The notes under the pieces were generated by a model. That model was not told the origin of the DNA and searched no databases. It saw only the letters and a list, made by a program, of their open reading frames with translations. The translations under genes were made by a program, and so were the position numbers. From Mucilaginibacter gynuensis (GTDB lineage Bacteria; Bacteroidota; Bacteroidia; Sphingobacteriales; Sphingobacteriaceae), in NCBI RefSeq assembly GCF_039541195.1, contig NZ_BAABFT010000031.1:1-25406 (forward strand): a DNA stretch of 25,406 nt, given 5' to 3'. Of the stretch, positions 15,560 through 23,336 are shown in pieces (position 1 is the stretch's first letter; the number at the start of each line of letters is the position of its first letter).

Positions 15560-17518
15560 CTATCGAACTATCAGCACCCAGCCTGTGCGTTTGGGCATTT
15601 TATTATTGAGGTCGATCATATAATAATAGCTGCCTGCGGGTAATGGCGTGCCGTTGTAAGTGCCATTCCAGGGTTTGCTGTAGCCAACGCTGCGATATAC
15701 CTGCTGCCCGTAACGGTTAAATACAGTAGTTACACTTTGCGGCAAGGTGGCCAATGCATCAATACTCCAAAAATCATTAACCCCATCGCCATTGGGCGAA
15801 AAAGTATTGGGAATATCCACCCTGTGAAAAACCCTTACCAGCACACTCGCGGTATCAGTACCGCAGGGGCCGCTTAGCGTAAGTGTATACTTTATGTTTT
15901 CGCGCGGACTGGCTGTCGGCGTTAACGAATACGGGTCATCCAAATCCATCGGGGTAGACCAGCTAAAGCCCGTCACATCTCCCGATACAACGGCACCATC
16001 CAGTTTCACCGATTGCCCCTCATAAATAGCCTGGTACGATGTGAGACTTACAACCGGCTTGTTCAGCACCCTTACGGTAACAGTGGCAATACTGCTGCAA
16101 GCTCCTTTATCGGCTACTACCGTGTAGGTGGTGGTTTCGGTGGGTGTAACTGTGGGGTTGGCAATATTAGCATCGCTGATGCCGCCCCCTCTTGTGGACG
16201 CCGACCAATGGTAATTCGCGCCGCCCGTAGCCGTTAATTGTGTAGATTCACCCAAGCAGATCTCCACGTTTGCTGCTATGGCCGATACTCTAATTTTAGG
16301 ATCTACCTGCACCGTAACCGGTACTTTGGGGCCAATGCAGCCCGCCGTCATCGCTTCGGCATAGTAGGTTCCGGCCTTGTCAAGTGCTATATCGGTAAAT
16401 GTAAGGCTTGCATCGGTACTGAATATAGGGTTGGCAATTCCCGGCCCTGTCCATCGGTATTGCTCGCCGCCACTCGCTGTCAAGGTTAAGGCGCTGCCCT
16501 CGCAAACTGCCGCGGGCGTGGCTACTACAGCCACAGGCAAAGGGCGCACGGTTAGTGTATTTACCCCCGAATACACCCTGCAATTAGGTGAGCCGATATT
16601 ACCCGTACGCGCCAATGCTACACGGTATTGATACACCCCGGCAGATAAATTTGCAGGCGTTTGATAAATGGCCGTATTGGCATTTGGTATATCAACCCAG
16701 GTATTGTTCTCAAGCCTTTGCCATTGCCTTTCGGTATACCCGGCAGAAACACCGCCTACGGTTAAAGGCACCTGCGTATTGCAAACGCTCCGGGTGATAT
16801 TCTGGTCGCTGCCGTCAAAACCAGTAACTATGTTGGGGCCGCACGCTCTGAAGGTAATATCATCCAGTAAAAAATCGTTACCGGCACCGCCCGGCGCTTT
16901 GTTGGTGATCCTTAATATTACTGTAACTTCATTTGCACCTGTGGTAAAAGTTTTTGAAAAAGGCAGCCACTGCGGTGTGGGTGTGGGCATAATACTACCG
17001 GTAGATAATCCATCTGTTAACAAAGCGCCATCTGTTGTTTCGATAGAAAACAACAGGTCAGGTTGATTGTTCCCCGCTGCAGTAGTGATGAGATTTAATA
17101 CATAGGCCTGAAACTGGTAAGTGGTATTCGGGCAAAGTGGGCCTATCTTCTTAACAAAAAAAGTACTTTCGTCATAAGATGCATTAATGATCATCATGCG
17201 CCCATCCGGCCGCGAAGGTATAGTATGATCTTGTGTTACATTATGCCATGCGCCGGGATGACACGTTGGATCAACGCTATTTACGATACTGTATTCGCCA
17301 TGTCTGTTGAACCTATCTTCCGGACAAGAATTGGAAGTATAAGAAATTTCCAACACCTCCCCATCGGGCAGCGCCCCGCCTGGCTGGGGGCCATAGCCAA
17401 AATCCTCCGTTACTACCGGATCACCAAAACTGCCCGTGCAATCGCTCTGCGCGGATGCATCAATAGTGCAAAACGCAAACAGCGCAAACAATAACAGCTT
17501 GGTAATTAGTACACGCAT
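15560..17518 (-). CDS. secreted T9SS type-B CTD (gliding-motility-associated C-terminal domain) protein, paralogue 1 of 3
   Basis: ATG 17518 gives MRVLITKLLLFALFAFCTIDASAQ. N-module runs CTGSFGDPV...GNDFLLDDITFRACGP. Ig-like repeats carry CEGS..TLTASGG..Y.W. The C-terminus is PNTFSPNGDGVNDFW...VFNRYGQQVY...GTYNG..LPAGSYYYMIDL...GWVLIVR. The track start at 17587 adds 23 non-signal residues. Confidence 0.85.
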   Translation of the reverse strand: MRVLITKLLLFALFAFCTIDASAQSDCTGSFGDPVVTEDFGYGPQPGGALPDGEVLEISYTSNSCPEDRFNRHGEYSIVNSVDPTCHPGAWHNVTQDHTIPSRPDGRMMIINASYDESTFFVKKIGPLCPNTTYQFQAYVLNLITTAAGNNQPDLLFSIETTDGALLTDGLSTGSIMPTPTPQWLPFSKTFTTGANEVTVILRITNKAPGGAGNDFLLDDITFRACGPNIVTGFDGSDQNITRSVCNTQVPLTVGGVSAGYTERQWQRLENNTWVDIPNANTAIYQTPANLSAGVYQYRVALARTGNIGSPNCRVYSGVNTLTVRPLPVAVVATPAAVCEGSALTLTASGGEQYRWTGPGIANPIFSTDASLTFTDIALDKAGTYYAEAMTAGCIGPKVPVTVQVDPKIRVSAIAANVEICLGESTQLTATGGANYHWSASTRGGGISDANIANPTVTPTETTTYTVVADKGACSSIATVTVRVLNKPVVSLTSYQAIYEGQSVKLDGAVVSGDVTGFSWSTPMDLDDPYSLTPTASPRENIKYTLTLSGPCGTDTASVLVRVFHRVDIPNTFSPNGDGVNDFWSIDALATLPQSVTTVFNRYGQQVYRSVGYSKPWNGTYNGTPLPAGSYYYMIDLNNKMPKRTGWVLIVR

Positions 17519-17541
17519 TAAATAGGGGGAGGTTAAGCGGT

Positions 17542-17572
17542 GAAAGATAATTACATTATCAGCAATATCAAA
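17542..17572 (-). promoter_or_regulatory. candidate promoter of paralogue 1 (-33 TTTG, 19-nt spacer, -7 TATCTTTC)
   Basis: Minus-strand TTTG at 17572-17569 and TATCTTTC at 17549-17542. The same layout is found upstream of the other two paralogues. Confidence 0.35.
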
Positions 17573-17574
17573 AT

Positions 17575-17609
17575 GGCAGTTAGGCAATTACAGCTATATT
17601 CAAACTGCC
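17575..17609 (-). terminator. hairpin after paralogue 2
   Basis: GGCAGTT (17575-17581) pairs with AACTGCC (17603-17609) around a 21-nt loop. On the minus strand it is followed by AUUUUGAUAUU. It sits between the P2 stop (17615) and the P1 -33 box. Confidence 0.35.
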
Positions 17610-17614
17610 TAAAA

Positions 17615-19570
17615 CTACCTCACTATCAATACCCAACCCGTTTGCCTTGGCGATTTACTATGCGGGTCGATAATATAATAATAAGTTCCGCCCGGTAACT
17701 GGTAACCGTTATATGAGCCGCTCCACGGGCGGGCGTAGCCTGTGCTGCGAAATACCTCCTGCCCGTAACGGTTATATACCGTGGTAACACTATTGGGGTA
17801 GGTAGCCAGGCCGGGGATATTCCAGTAATCGTTAATGCCATCGCCATTGGGCGAAAAACTATTGGGTACTTTTATTTTGTTATACACTTTAATAAACACA
17901 CCCGCAGTATCGGGCTCGCAACGGCCGCTTACATGCAGCACATAGCGGGTATCAGTAAGCGGACTGGCAATAGGTGTAAGCGAGTTAGGATTATCGAGAT
18001 AGAGCGCCGGTGTCCAGTAAAAGCTATTGACGTCGCCTGCTGTGCCGCCGTTTAGGGTTATAAACTGTCCTTCGTTCATCTCAATAGTACCGGGCACTAT
18101 GGCCTTCGCGTTTTTAATTATCTTAATGGTTACCGTTCTTGTTTCGGTACAGGCACCGTTGTCTATAGTAACTGTGTAGGGGGTAGTTTCATTTAATACA
18201 GCCACCGGATTAGGAATATTATCGGCACTTAACCCTGTTGATGGTGTCCATTTATAATTTACACCGCCTGTTGCCTCCAGCGCCACAGGCACTCCCTCGC
18301 AAACCTCAACATCACTGGTAATAGTCGCTATAATTTTAGGCTTTACATCTATTTCAACGGTGGTTTCGTCACCGGGGCAGCCATCCGTTATGGCCTGTAC
18401 GGAATAAGTCCCCCCCTGCGCGAATGTAATGTTGGGAATGGTTAGGTTAGGATCGGCCTTAAATACCGGCGATGTTATCCCCGGCCCCGACCACTTATAT
18501 TGTGTACCACCCGATGCCGTGAGGGTTACATTACTACCTTCGCACACAGGCTGCTGATTAAACGGCGGCACCACCGGCCGGGCCTTTATATTCAGCGTAA
18601 TTATATCCGAATAAATACGGCATTGCAGGGCATCGAGGTTGTTGGTTTTTGCTACGGCAACACGGTATTGGTGCATCCCGGCAGGTAAATTATCGGGGGT
18701 TAAATACCTGTCGCTGTTTTCGCCGCGGTTCTCACCTTTTATATCTACCCAGGTTTCGCCTTCCAGCCGCTGCCATTGCCGTTCGGTAAAGTTAGCAGTG
18801 GTACTTACTTTTAAAGCATATGCAGAAGCTTCACCAACGCAAATACTTTTTTGCATTGGGGTACCGGCATCATCAAATCCGGTTAGCACATCGGGGCCGC
18901 AGGCGCGAAAGGTAATATCATCTAAAATAAGATCATTACCATAACCACCATCACCATCGTTGTAAATTTCAACTACTACATCGTTGGCATCGCCCGGCAC
19001 GATAAATGTTGTAAATATCTCTTGAAATTGAGGCCCTGCTGTGGGACCTATGGGTATAGGATCTTTATTAGTGTGTGTGATTTCCTCACCGTTGGCCCTT
19101 TTTACCTTGAAGCGTAAAGTGGGATGTAAAGCATCCGGTCTGGCAGGATTTGGACGCATGAGATCCAACACAAAAACTGAAAATTTATAGGTAGTACCGG
19201 CGCAAAGATTATGAGCCGTTTGTGTAAAAAACAGCCCTTTATCTTCAGACGCGTTCACGAGCATCATATTTCCTCCGGGGATATGAGCGCCATTTCGGTC
19301 TGTAGTATGATCTTGCAGAACGGTGTGCCAGCTTTCGGTATGACAACCGGGATTGAATTTTACTATAGAATATTCACCATTTTCAGGGCAGCGACCTACA
19401 ACATACTTGTAATTGGTTTGCTGCGTACTTAGCGGCGCGGATGAACCGTTGCCAAATGTCTCTTCAATCACCGGATCGCCATAGTTGCCTGTACAAACCT
19501 GAGCCGATACCTTACCGGTACAAATAGCAAACAACACACATAACAGTAACCGTATGATCAATAAGCGCAT
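17615..19570 (-). CDS. secreted T9SS type-B CTD protein, paralogue 2 of 3
   Basis: 651 aa, MRLLIIRLLLCVLFAICTGKVSAQ. Same architecture: CTGNYGDPV...GNDLILDDITFRACGP, Ig-like repeats, and the C-terminal PNSFSPNGDGINDYW...GWVLIVR. Confidence 0.88.
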   Translation of the reverse strand: MRLLIIRLLLCVLFAICTGKVSAQVCTGNYGDPVIEETFGNGSSAPLSTQQTNYKYVVGRCPENGEYSIVKFNPGCHTESWHTVLQDHTTDRNGAHIPGGNMMLVNASEDKGLFFTQTAHNLCAGTTYKFSVFVLDLMRPNPARPDALHPTLRFKVKRANGEEITHTNKDPIPIGPTAGPQFQEIFTTFIVPGDANDVVVEIYNDGDGGYGNDLILDDITFRACGPDVLTGFDDAGTPMQKSICVGEASAYALKVSTTANFTERQWQRLEGETWVDIKGENRGENSDRYLTPDNLPAGMHQYRVAVAKTNNLDALQCRIYSDIITLNIKARPVVPPFNQQPVCEGSNVTLTASGGTQYKWSGPGITSPVFKADPNLTIPNITFAQGGTYSVQAITDGCPGDETTVEIDVKPKIIATITSDVEVCEGVPVALEATGGVNYKWTPSTGLSADNIPNPVAVLNETTPYTVTIDNGACTETRTVTIKIIKNAKAIVPGTIEMNEGQFITLNGGTAGDVNSFYWTPALYLDNPNSLTPIASPLTDTRYVLHVSGRCEPDTAGVFIKVYNKIKVPNSFSPNGDGINDYWNIPGLATYPNSVTTVYNRYGQEVFRSTGYARPWSGSYNGYQLPGGTYYYIIDPHSKSPRQTGWVLIVR

Positions 19571-19609
19571 TTAAATTTAGGAAAGCAGGTTTATATTTTG
19601 CAGCGGCGG

Positions 19610-19640
19610 TTAAGGTAATCACATTTAAGGCAAAATCAAA
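19610..19640 (-). promoter_or_regulatory. candidate promoter of paralogue 2 (-33 TTTG, 19-nt spacer, -7 TACCTTAA)
   Basis: Minus-strand TTTG at 19640-19637 and TACCTTAA at 19617-19610, ~40 nt upstream of ATG 19570. Confidence 0.3.
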
Positions 19641-19682
19641 ATGCTAAACCATACTGTTTTAACAATTTAGCAGGAGGTGAAA

Positions 19683-19745
19683 ATGACTAAGGACTTGATC
19701 GAAGTTTTGCTTTTTGGGGCTGTAATTTTACTCATCCGGTCTTAG
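19683..19745 (+). CDS. candidate 20-aa hydrophobic micro-ORF (MTKDLIEVLLFGAVILLIRS)
   Basis: AGGAGGTGA (19672-19680) sits 5 nt before ATG 19683; TAG is at 19743-19745. A hairpin plus T6 follows 14 nt later. There is no homology evidence and it could be chance. Confidence 0.2.
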   Translation: MTKDLIEVLLFGAVILLIRS

Positions 19746-19758
19746 CTACGCTCGACCA

Positions 19759-19788
19759 CCTTCTCTGCTTCGCAAAGAAGGCTTTTTT
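19759..19788 (+). terminator. plus-strand hairpin plus T-tract downstream of the micro-ORF
   Basis: CCTTCT(C)TGC-ttc-GCA(A)AGAAGG (19759-19781) followed by CTTTTTT (19782-19788). The T-tract is on the plus strand, opposite to both flanking genes. Confidence 0.35.
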
Positions 19789-19843
19789 GGGGAGCCTTCG
19801 GCTTTTAGCTTTTGCCTTTGGGCTTTCATCCTTTTTCCTCCCC

Positions 19844-21790
19844 TTACCGCATAATCATCACCCAACCCGTTATTTTAGGCTTATTGCTTTTCAAATCGAT
19901 AATATAATAATACACGCCGGGCATAAGTGTGGTGCCATTGTAGGTGCCGTTCCATGCGCGGCTGTAGCCAACGCTTCTGAATACCTCCTGCCCGTAACGG
20001 TTATACACCGTGGTTATTCCCTGCGGAAAGGTGAACAAGCCGTCAATTTTCCATTCATCGTTAATGCCATCGCCATTGGGCGAAAACGCGTTGGGCGGTA
20101 CTATCTTTTTAAATACATGCACAAACGTACTTAGCGGCGCTTCGTTGCCGGTGCAGGGGCCAACAAGATTTAGCGTGTAGATGATATTATCGGGCGGAGT
20201 AGCTACCGGGTGCAACGCGCGTGGATTATCGAGATAGGTTGACGGTGTCCAGTAATATTCAGTGATATCGCCCGATATGGTTGCATCCAGCGTTACCGAT
20301 TGCCCTTCGGATATTTCCTTTATCGGTGTAACCACCCCCCTCGGTATCTTGAGCACATTTACCGTTACCTCGTAACTTGCCGAACAGGCATCGTTACTAA
20401 TGGTTACCGTGTAGGTGGTGGTATCGGTTGGCGATGCTACCGGGTTTTGCGCGTACGGGTTGTTCAAACCAACTACCGGCGACCAGCTATACGTATAATT
20501 ATCACTAACATCGCCACCTGTTTGCGTGGCCGATAACGTTACCGATTCGCCTTCGCAGATAGGGTCAACCGCGGCAACGCTCGCGCTGAACTGCCGCTTA
20601 ACCTTTATTGGTAGCAGCACAGCTTCGCCCAAACAACCCGACGCGGTTTTAGCCTGCACCTTGTATGTCCCGCTGTTTTGTACGGTGGCATTTTCAATGG
20701 TAAAAACCGGATCGGTTTGCTCTACTGTTTGTCCGTTAGGTTTGGTAAACACATAAGCATGGGCGCCTGATGCCGTAATGATGATGCCGCTACCCTCGCA
20801 GTAAACAGGTACAGAGGAGGCAGTTATCCTGGGTGGTAAGGTTAAAATATTTGGGCTCGAATATGTTCGGCAATATATCGAGCCTATATTGGCGTCGTTA
20901 GTAACTGCAACCCGGTACTGGTATTCGCCTGCGGCCATACCGTTGCCGGTATTTATGGTGAGCTTGTCGTTTGTTTCGCCCGCAATATCTATCCAGGTAT
21001 TATTAACCAGGCGCTGCCACTGGTAATTGCGGTAACCTACCGGTGCGGAGGCCGACATGTAATAGGTTTTATCATAATCGGCACAAATAGGCTGCCCTTC
21101 TACTGATGGTATATCGAACCCCGTTGAAACCGCCGGGCTGCAAGCCCTGAAACTGATATCATCCAACGCCAGATCATTACCGGCATCGCCATTGGCATTG
21201 TTAGATATTTTTACCACCACACTGGTAGTTAAAACGCGGGTGGTGAAAAGTGCCCTTATCGGGTGCCACTGACCATCGTTGGGAATATCACCGGCGGCGT
21301 AAGGGGCCATGAGATCCTGCCCATCGGGAGTTTGCACCTGTAAAAGAAGATTAGGCTTAACGAGATTGGTGAAGCCGGGTTTTACCAGGTTAATTACCCA
21401 AACCTCAAACTGATAAGTAGTGCCGGGGCAAAGTTGCTGATCTTTAGTGGGCTGCATATAAAATACGCCCGGCGCCGCATTTGCCGCTACCATCAACATG
21501 TTGCTGTTTGATGAAGGATCCATTTCATAGGTATGGTCGTGATCAAGCGTTAGCCAAACACCCTCATAACAATTGCTGGTACGTTTAGCCAGGCGATACG
21601 CGCCGTTATAAAGGCATTCTTCCTGGGTGTATTCATAAGTAGTAACATCAGCGCCGAGAGGTTTATCTACATCGAACGACTCTTGCAGCACCGCGTCGCC
21701 GAGGTTGCCGGTACAGCTTTGGGCATAACTGTTCACCGCCGCAACAGCCATTATCACGCACATCATCAACCGGGTGACCAATACTCGCAT
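19844..21790 (-). CDS. secreted T9SS type-B CTD protein, paralogue 3 of 3
   Basis: ATG 21790 gives MRVLVTRLMMCVIMAVAAVNSYAQ. N-module runs CTGNLGDAV...GNDLALDDISFRACSP, followed by Ig-like repeats and the C-terminal PNAFSPNGDGINDEW...GWVMIMR. The track start at 21799 is TTG. Confidence 0.88.
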   Translation of the reverse strand: MRVLVTRLMMCVIMAVAAVNSYAQSCTGNLGDAVLQESFDVDKPLGADVTTYEYTQEECLYNGAYRLAKRTSNCYEGVWLTLDHDHTYEMDPSSNSNMLMVAANAAPGVFYMQPTKDQQLCPGTTYQFEVWVINLVKPGFTNLVKPNLLLQVQTPDGQDLMAPYAAGDIPNDGQWHPIRALFTTRVLTTSVVVKISNNANGDAGNDLALDDISFRACSPAVSTGFDIPSVEGQPICADYDKTYYMSASAPVGYRNYQWQRLVNNTWIDIAGETNDKLTINTGNGMAAGEYQYRVAVTNDANIGSIYCRTYSSPNILTLPPRITASSVPVYCEGSGIIITASGAHAYVFTKPNGQTVEQTDPVFTIENATVQNSGTYKVQAKTASGCLGEAVLLPIKVKRQFSASVAAVDPICEGESVTLSATQTGGDVSDNYTYSWSPVVGLNNPYAQNPVASPTDTTTYTVTISNDACSASYEVTVNVLKIPRGVVTPIKEISEGQSVTLDATISGDITEYYWTPSTYLDNPRALHPVATPPDNIIYTLNLVGPCTGNEAPLSTFVHVFKKIVPPNAFSPNGDGINDEWKIDGLFTFPQGITTVYNRYGQEVFRSVGYSRAWNGTYNGTTLMPGVYYYIIDLKSNKPKITGWVMIMR

Positions 21791-21826
21791 CAAGACCAAA
21801 AAAAGTGTGGTTTAAACTTCAATTAA

Positions 21827-21857
21827 GCAAGTTAGCCACATTTGCTACAATAACAAA
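21827..21857 (-). promoter_or_regulatory. candidate promoter of paralogue 3 (-33 TTTG, 19-nt spacer, -7 TAACTTGC)
   Basis: Minus-strand TTTG at 21857-21854 and TAACTTGC at 21834-21827, ~37 nt upstream of ATG 21790. Confidence 0.3.
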
Positions 21858-21941
21858 GCTGGTCACATAATGAACAATGATACATTGTTGCAAACAAATA
21901 TTTTATCGTACAGTTAAACTATCTACAAAACATATACTAAT

Positions 21942-23264
21942 ATGAAAACGCGATATATTGCATGCCTGTTTGCTGCCGGTTTACTGGCTGCCGGTTGTGG
22001 CGGTAAAAAGAAGAACGCCAACTACAACAAAAGCGATACGGTTGAAAATAAAAGCAACCAAAAGGTAAAACTGCCTGCGCCTTATGCTACCAAATCGGTA
22101 ACTAACTACAGTAATGTAATTGGCTGGCCTGCGGGTAAAACGCCCACAGCGCCCGAAGGTTTTACCGTTAGCTTGTTTGCCGATAGCCTGCGCAATCCGC
22201 GTAATATATATGTTGCCCCCAACGGGGATATTTTTGTATCAGAAGCCAATACCGAGGCCAAAGGCGTTAAAAAAGTTGGCGCTGCAATAACAGGGGTTAA
22301 TAAATCGCAAAACCTGGGCAAAAGCGCCAATGATATATTATTGTTCAGAGATACCAACGGCGATGGAAAGCCCGATTTGAAAACGGTTTTCCTGAGTGGC
22401 CTTAACCAGCCTTACGGTATTTTGGTTGTGGGCAATTGGTTTTACATAGCCAATACCGATGGGGTGTGGCGCTATCCGTATAAAACAGGCCAAACCAAAA
22501 TTGCAGGCATTGGCAAACGGATATTAAAACTACCTGCCGGGGGATACAACAACCACTGGACCCGCAACCTGTTGGCCGCTAAGGATGGCAGCAAGATCTA
22601 TATATCGGTAGGTTCTGGTAGTAACGTGGGTGAGCATGGCATGGCCAATGAGAAACGCCGCGCCAATATATTAGTGATCAACCCCGATGGTACAGGAGAA
22701 AAAATATATGCCGCTGGTTTACGTAACCCGGTTGGTACCGATTTTGAACCGACCACAGGTAAATTATATACCGTAGTAAATGAGCGCGACAAATTGGGTG
22801 ATGACCTTGTGCCCGACTATTTAACCGGCGTAAAAGAAGGCGGCTTTTATGGCTGGCCTTATGCCTACTTTGGCAAACATGCCGACCCTGTACTTAAGGG
22901 CGCCAATAACGATATGGTAAACAAATCCCTGGTACCCGATTTAGCGCTTGGTCCGCATACGGCCTCGTTAGGTTTGGCATTTTATACCGGCGACAAATTC
23001 CCGGCTAAGTATAAGGGCGGTGCCTTTATCGGTCAGCATGGTTCGTGGAACAGATCGAAACTGGTAGGATACAAAGTGATATACGCCCCATTTGCCAATG
23101 GCAAACCAACCGGCAAAACCGAAGACTTTCTGACCGGCTTTATCGCCAACCTGGAGAAGAACGAAGTATACGGTCGCCCGGTTGATGTAGCAGTGCTTAA
23201 AGATGGCTCGATACTGGTATCTGACGATGCCTCGAACCGCTTGTGGCGCGTGGCTGCCAATTAA
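21942..23264 (+). CDS. PQQ-dependent sugar (glucose/sorbosone-type) dehydrogenase family lipoprotein
   Basis: 440 aa. Lipobox LLAAGC at the N-terminus, beta-propeller-like repeats, and the GGFYGWPY motif typical of the GSDH/sorbosone dehydrogenase family. Confidence 0.8.
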   Translation: MKTRYIACLFAAGLLAAGCGGKKKNANYNKSDTVENKSNQKVKLPAPYATKSVTNYSNVIGWPAGKTPTAPEGFTVSLFADSLRNPRNIYVAPNGDIFVSEANTEAKGVKKVGAAITGVNKSQNLGKSANDILLFRDTNGDGKPDLKTVFLSGLNQPYGILVVGNWFYIANTDGVWRYPYKTGQTKIAGIGKRILKLPAGGYNNHWTRNLLAAKDGSKIYISVGSGSNVGEHGMANEKRRANILVINPDGTGEKIYAAGLRNPVGTDFEPTTGKLYTVVNERDKLGDDLVPDYLTGVKEGGFYGWPYAYFGKHADPVLKGANNDMVNKSLVPDLALGPHTASLGLAFYTGDKFPAKYKGGAFIGQHGSWNRSKLVGYKVIYAPFANGKPTGKTEDFLTGFIANLEKNEVYGRPVDVAVLKDGSILVSDDASNRLWRVAAN

Positions 23265-23287
23265 TTACATTCTTACAAAATGAAGAT

Positions 23288-23317
23288 AGTCCTTTAATTT
23301 TTAAAGGACTATTTTTG
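23288..23317 (+). terminator. rho-independent terminator after the dehydrogenase gene
   Basis: AGTCCTTTAA-ttt-TTAAAGGACT is a perfect 10-bp stem (23288-23310) followed by ATTTTTG. Confidence 0.65.
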
Positions 23318-23336
23318 TTGATATCCCCCATCACAA

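Noticed and set aside
16013-20756. Numerous 60-130-aa plus-strand ORFs inside the three T9SS paralogues
   Set aside because: They are all antisense shadow frames of long ORFs with a clear domain architecture. The only plus-strand candidate I kept is the intergenic micro-ORF at 19683-19745.
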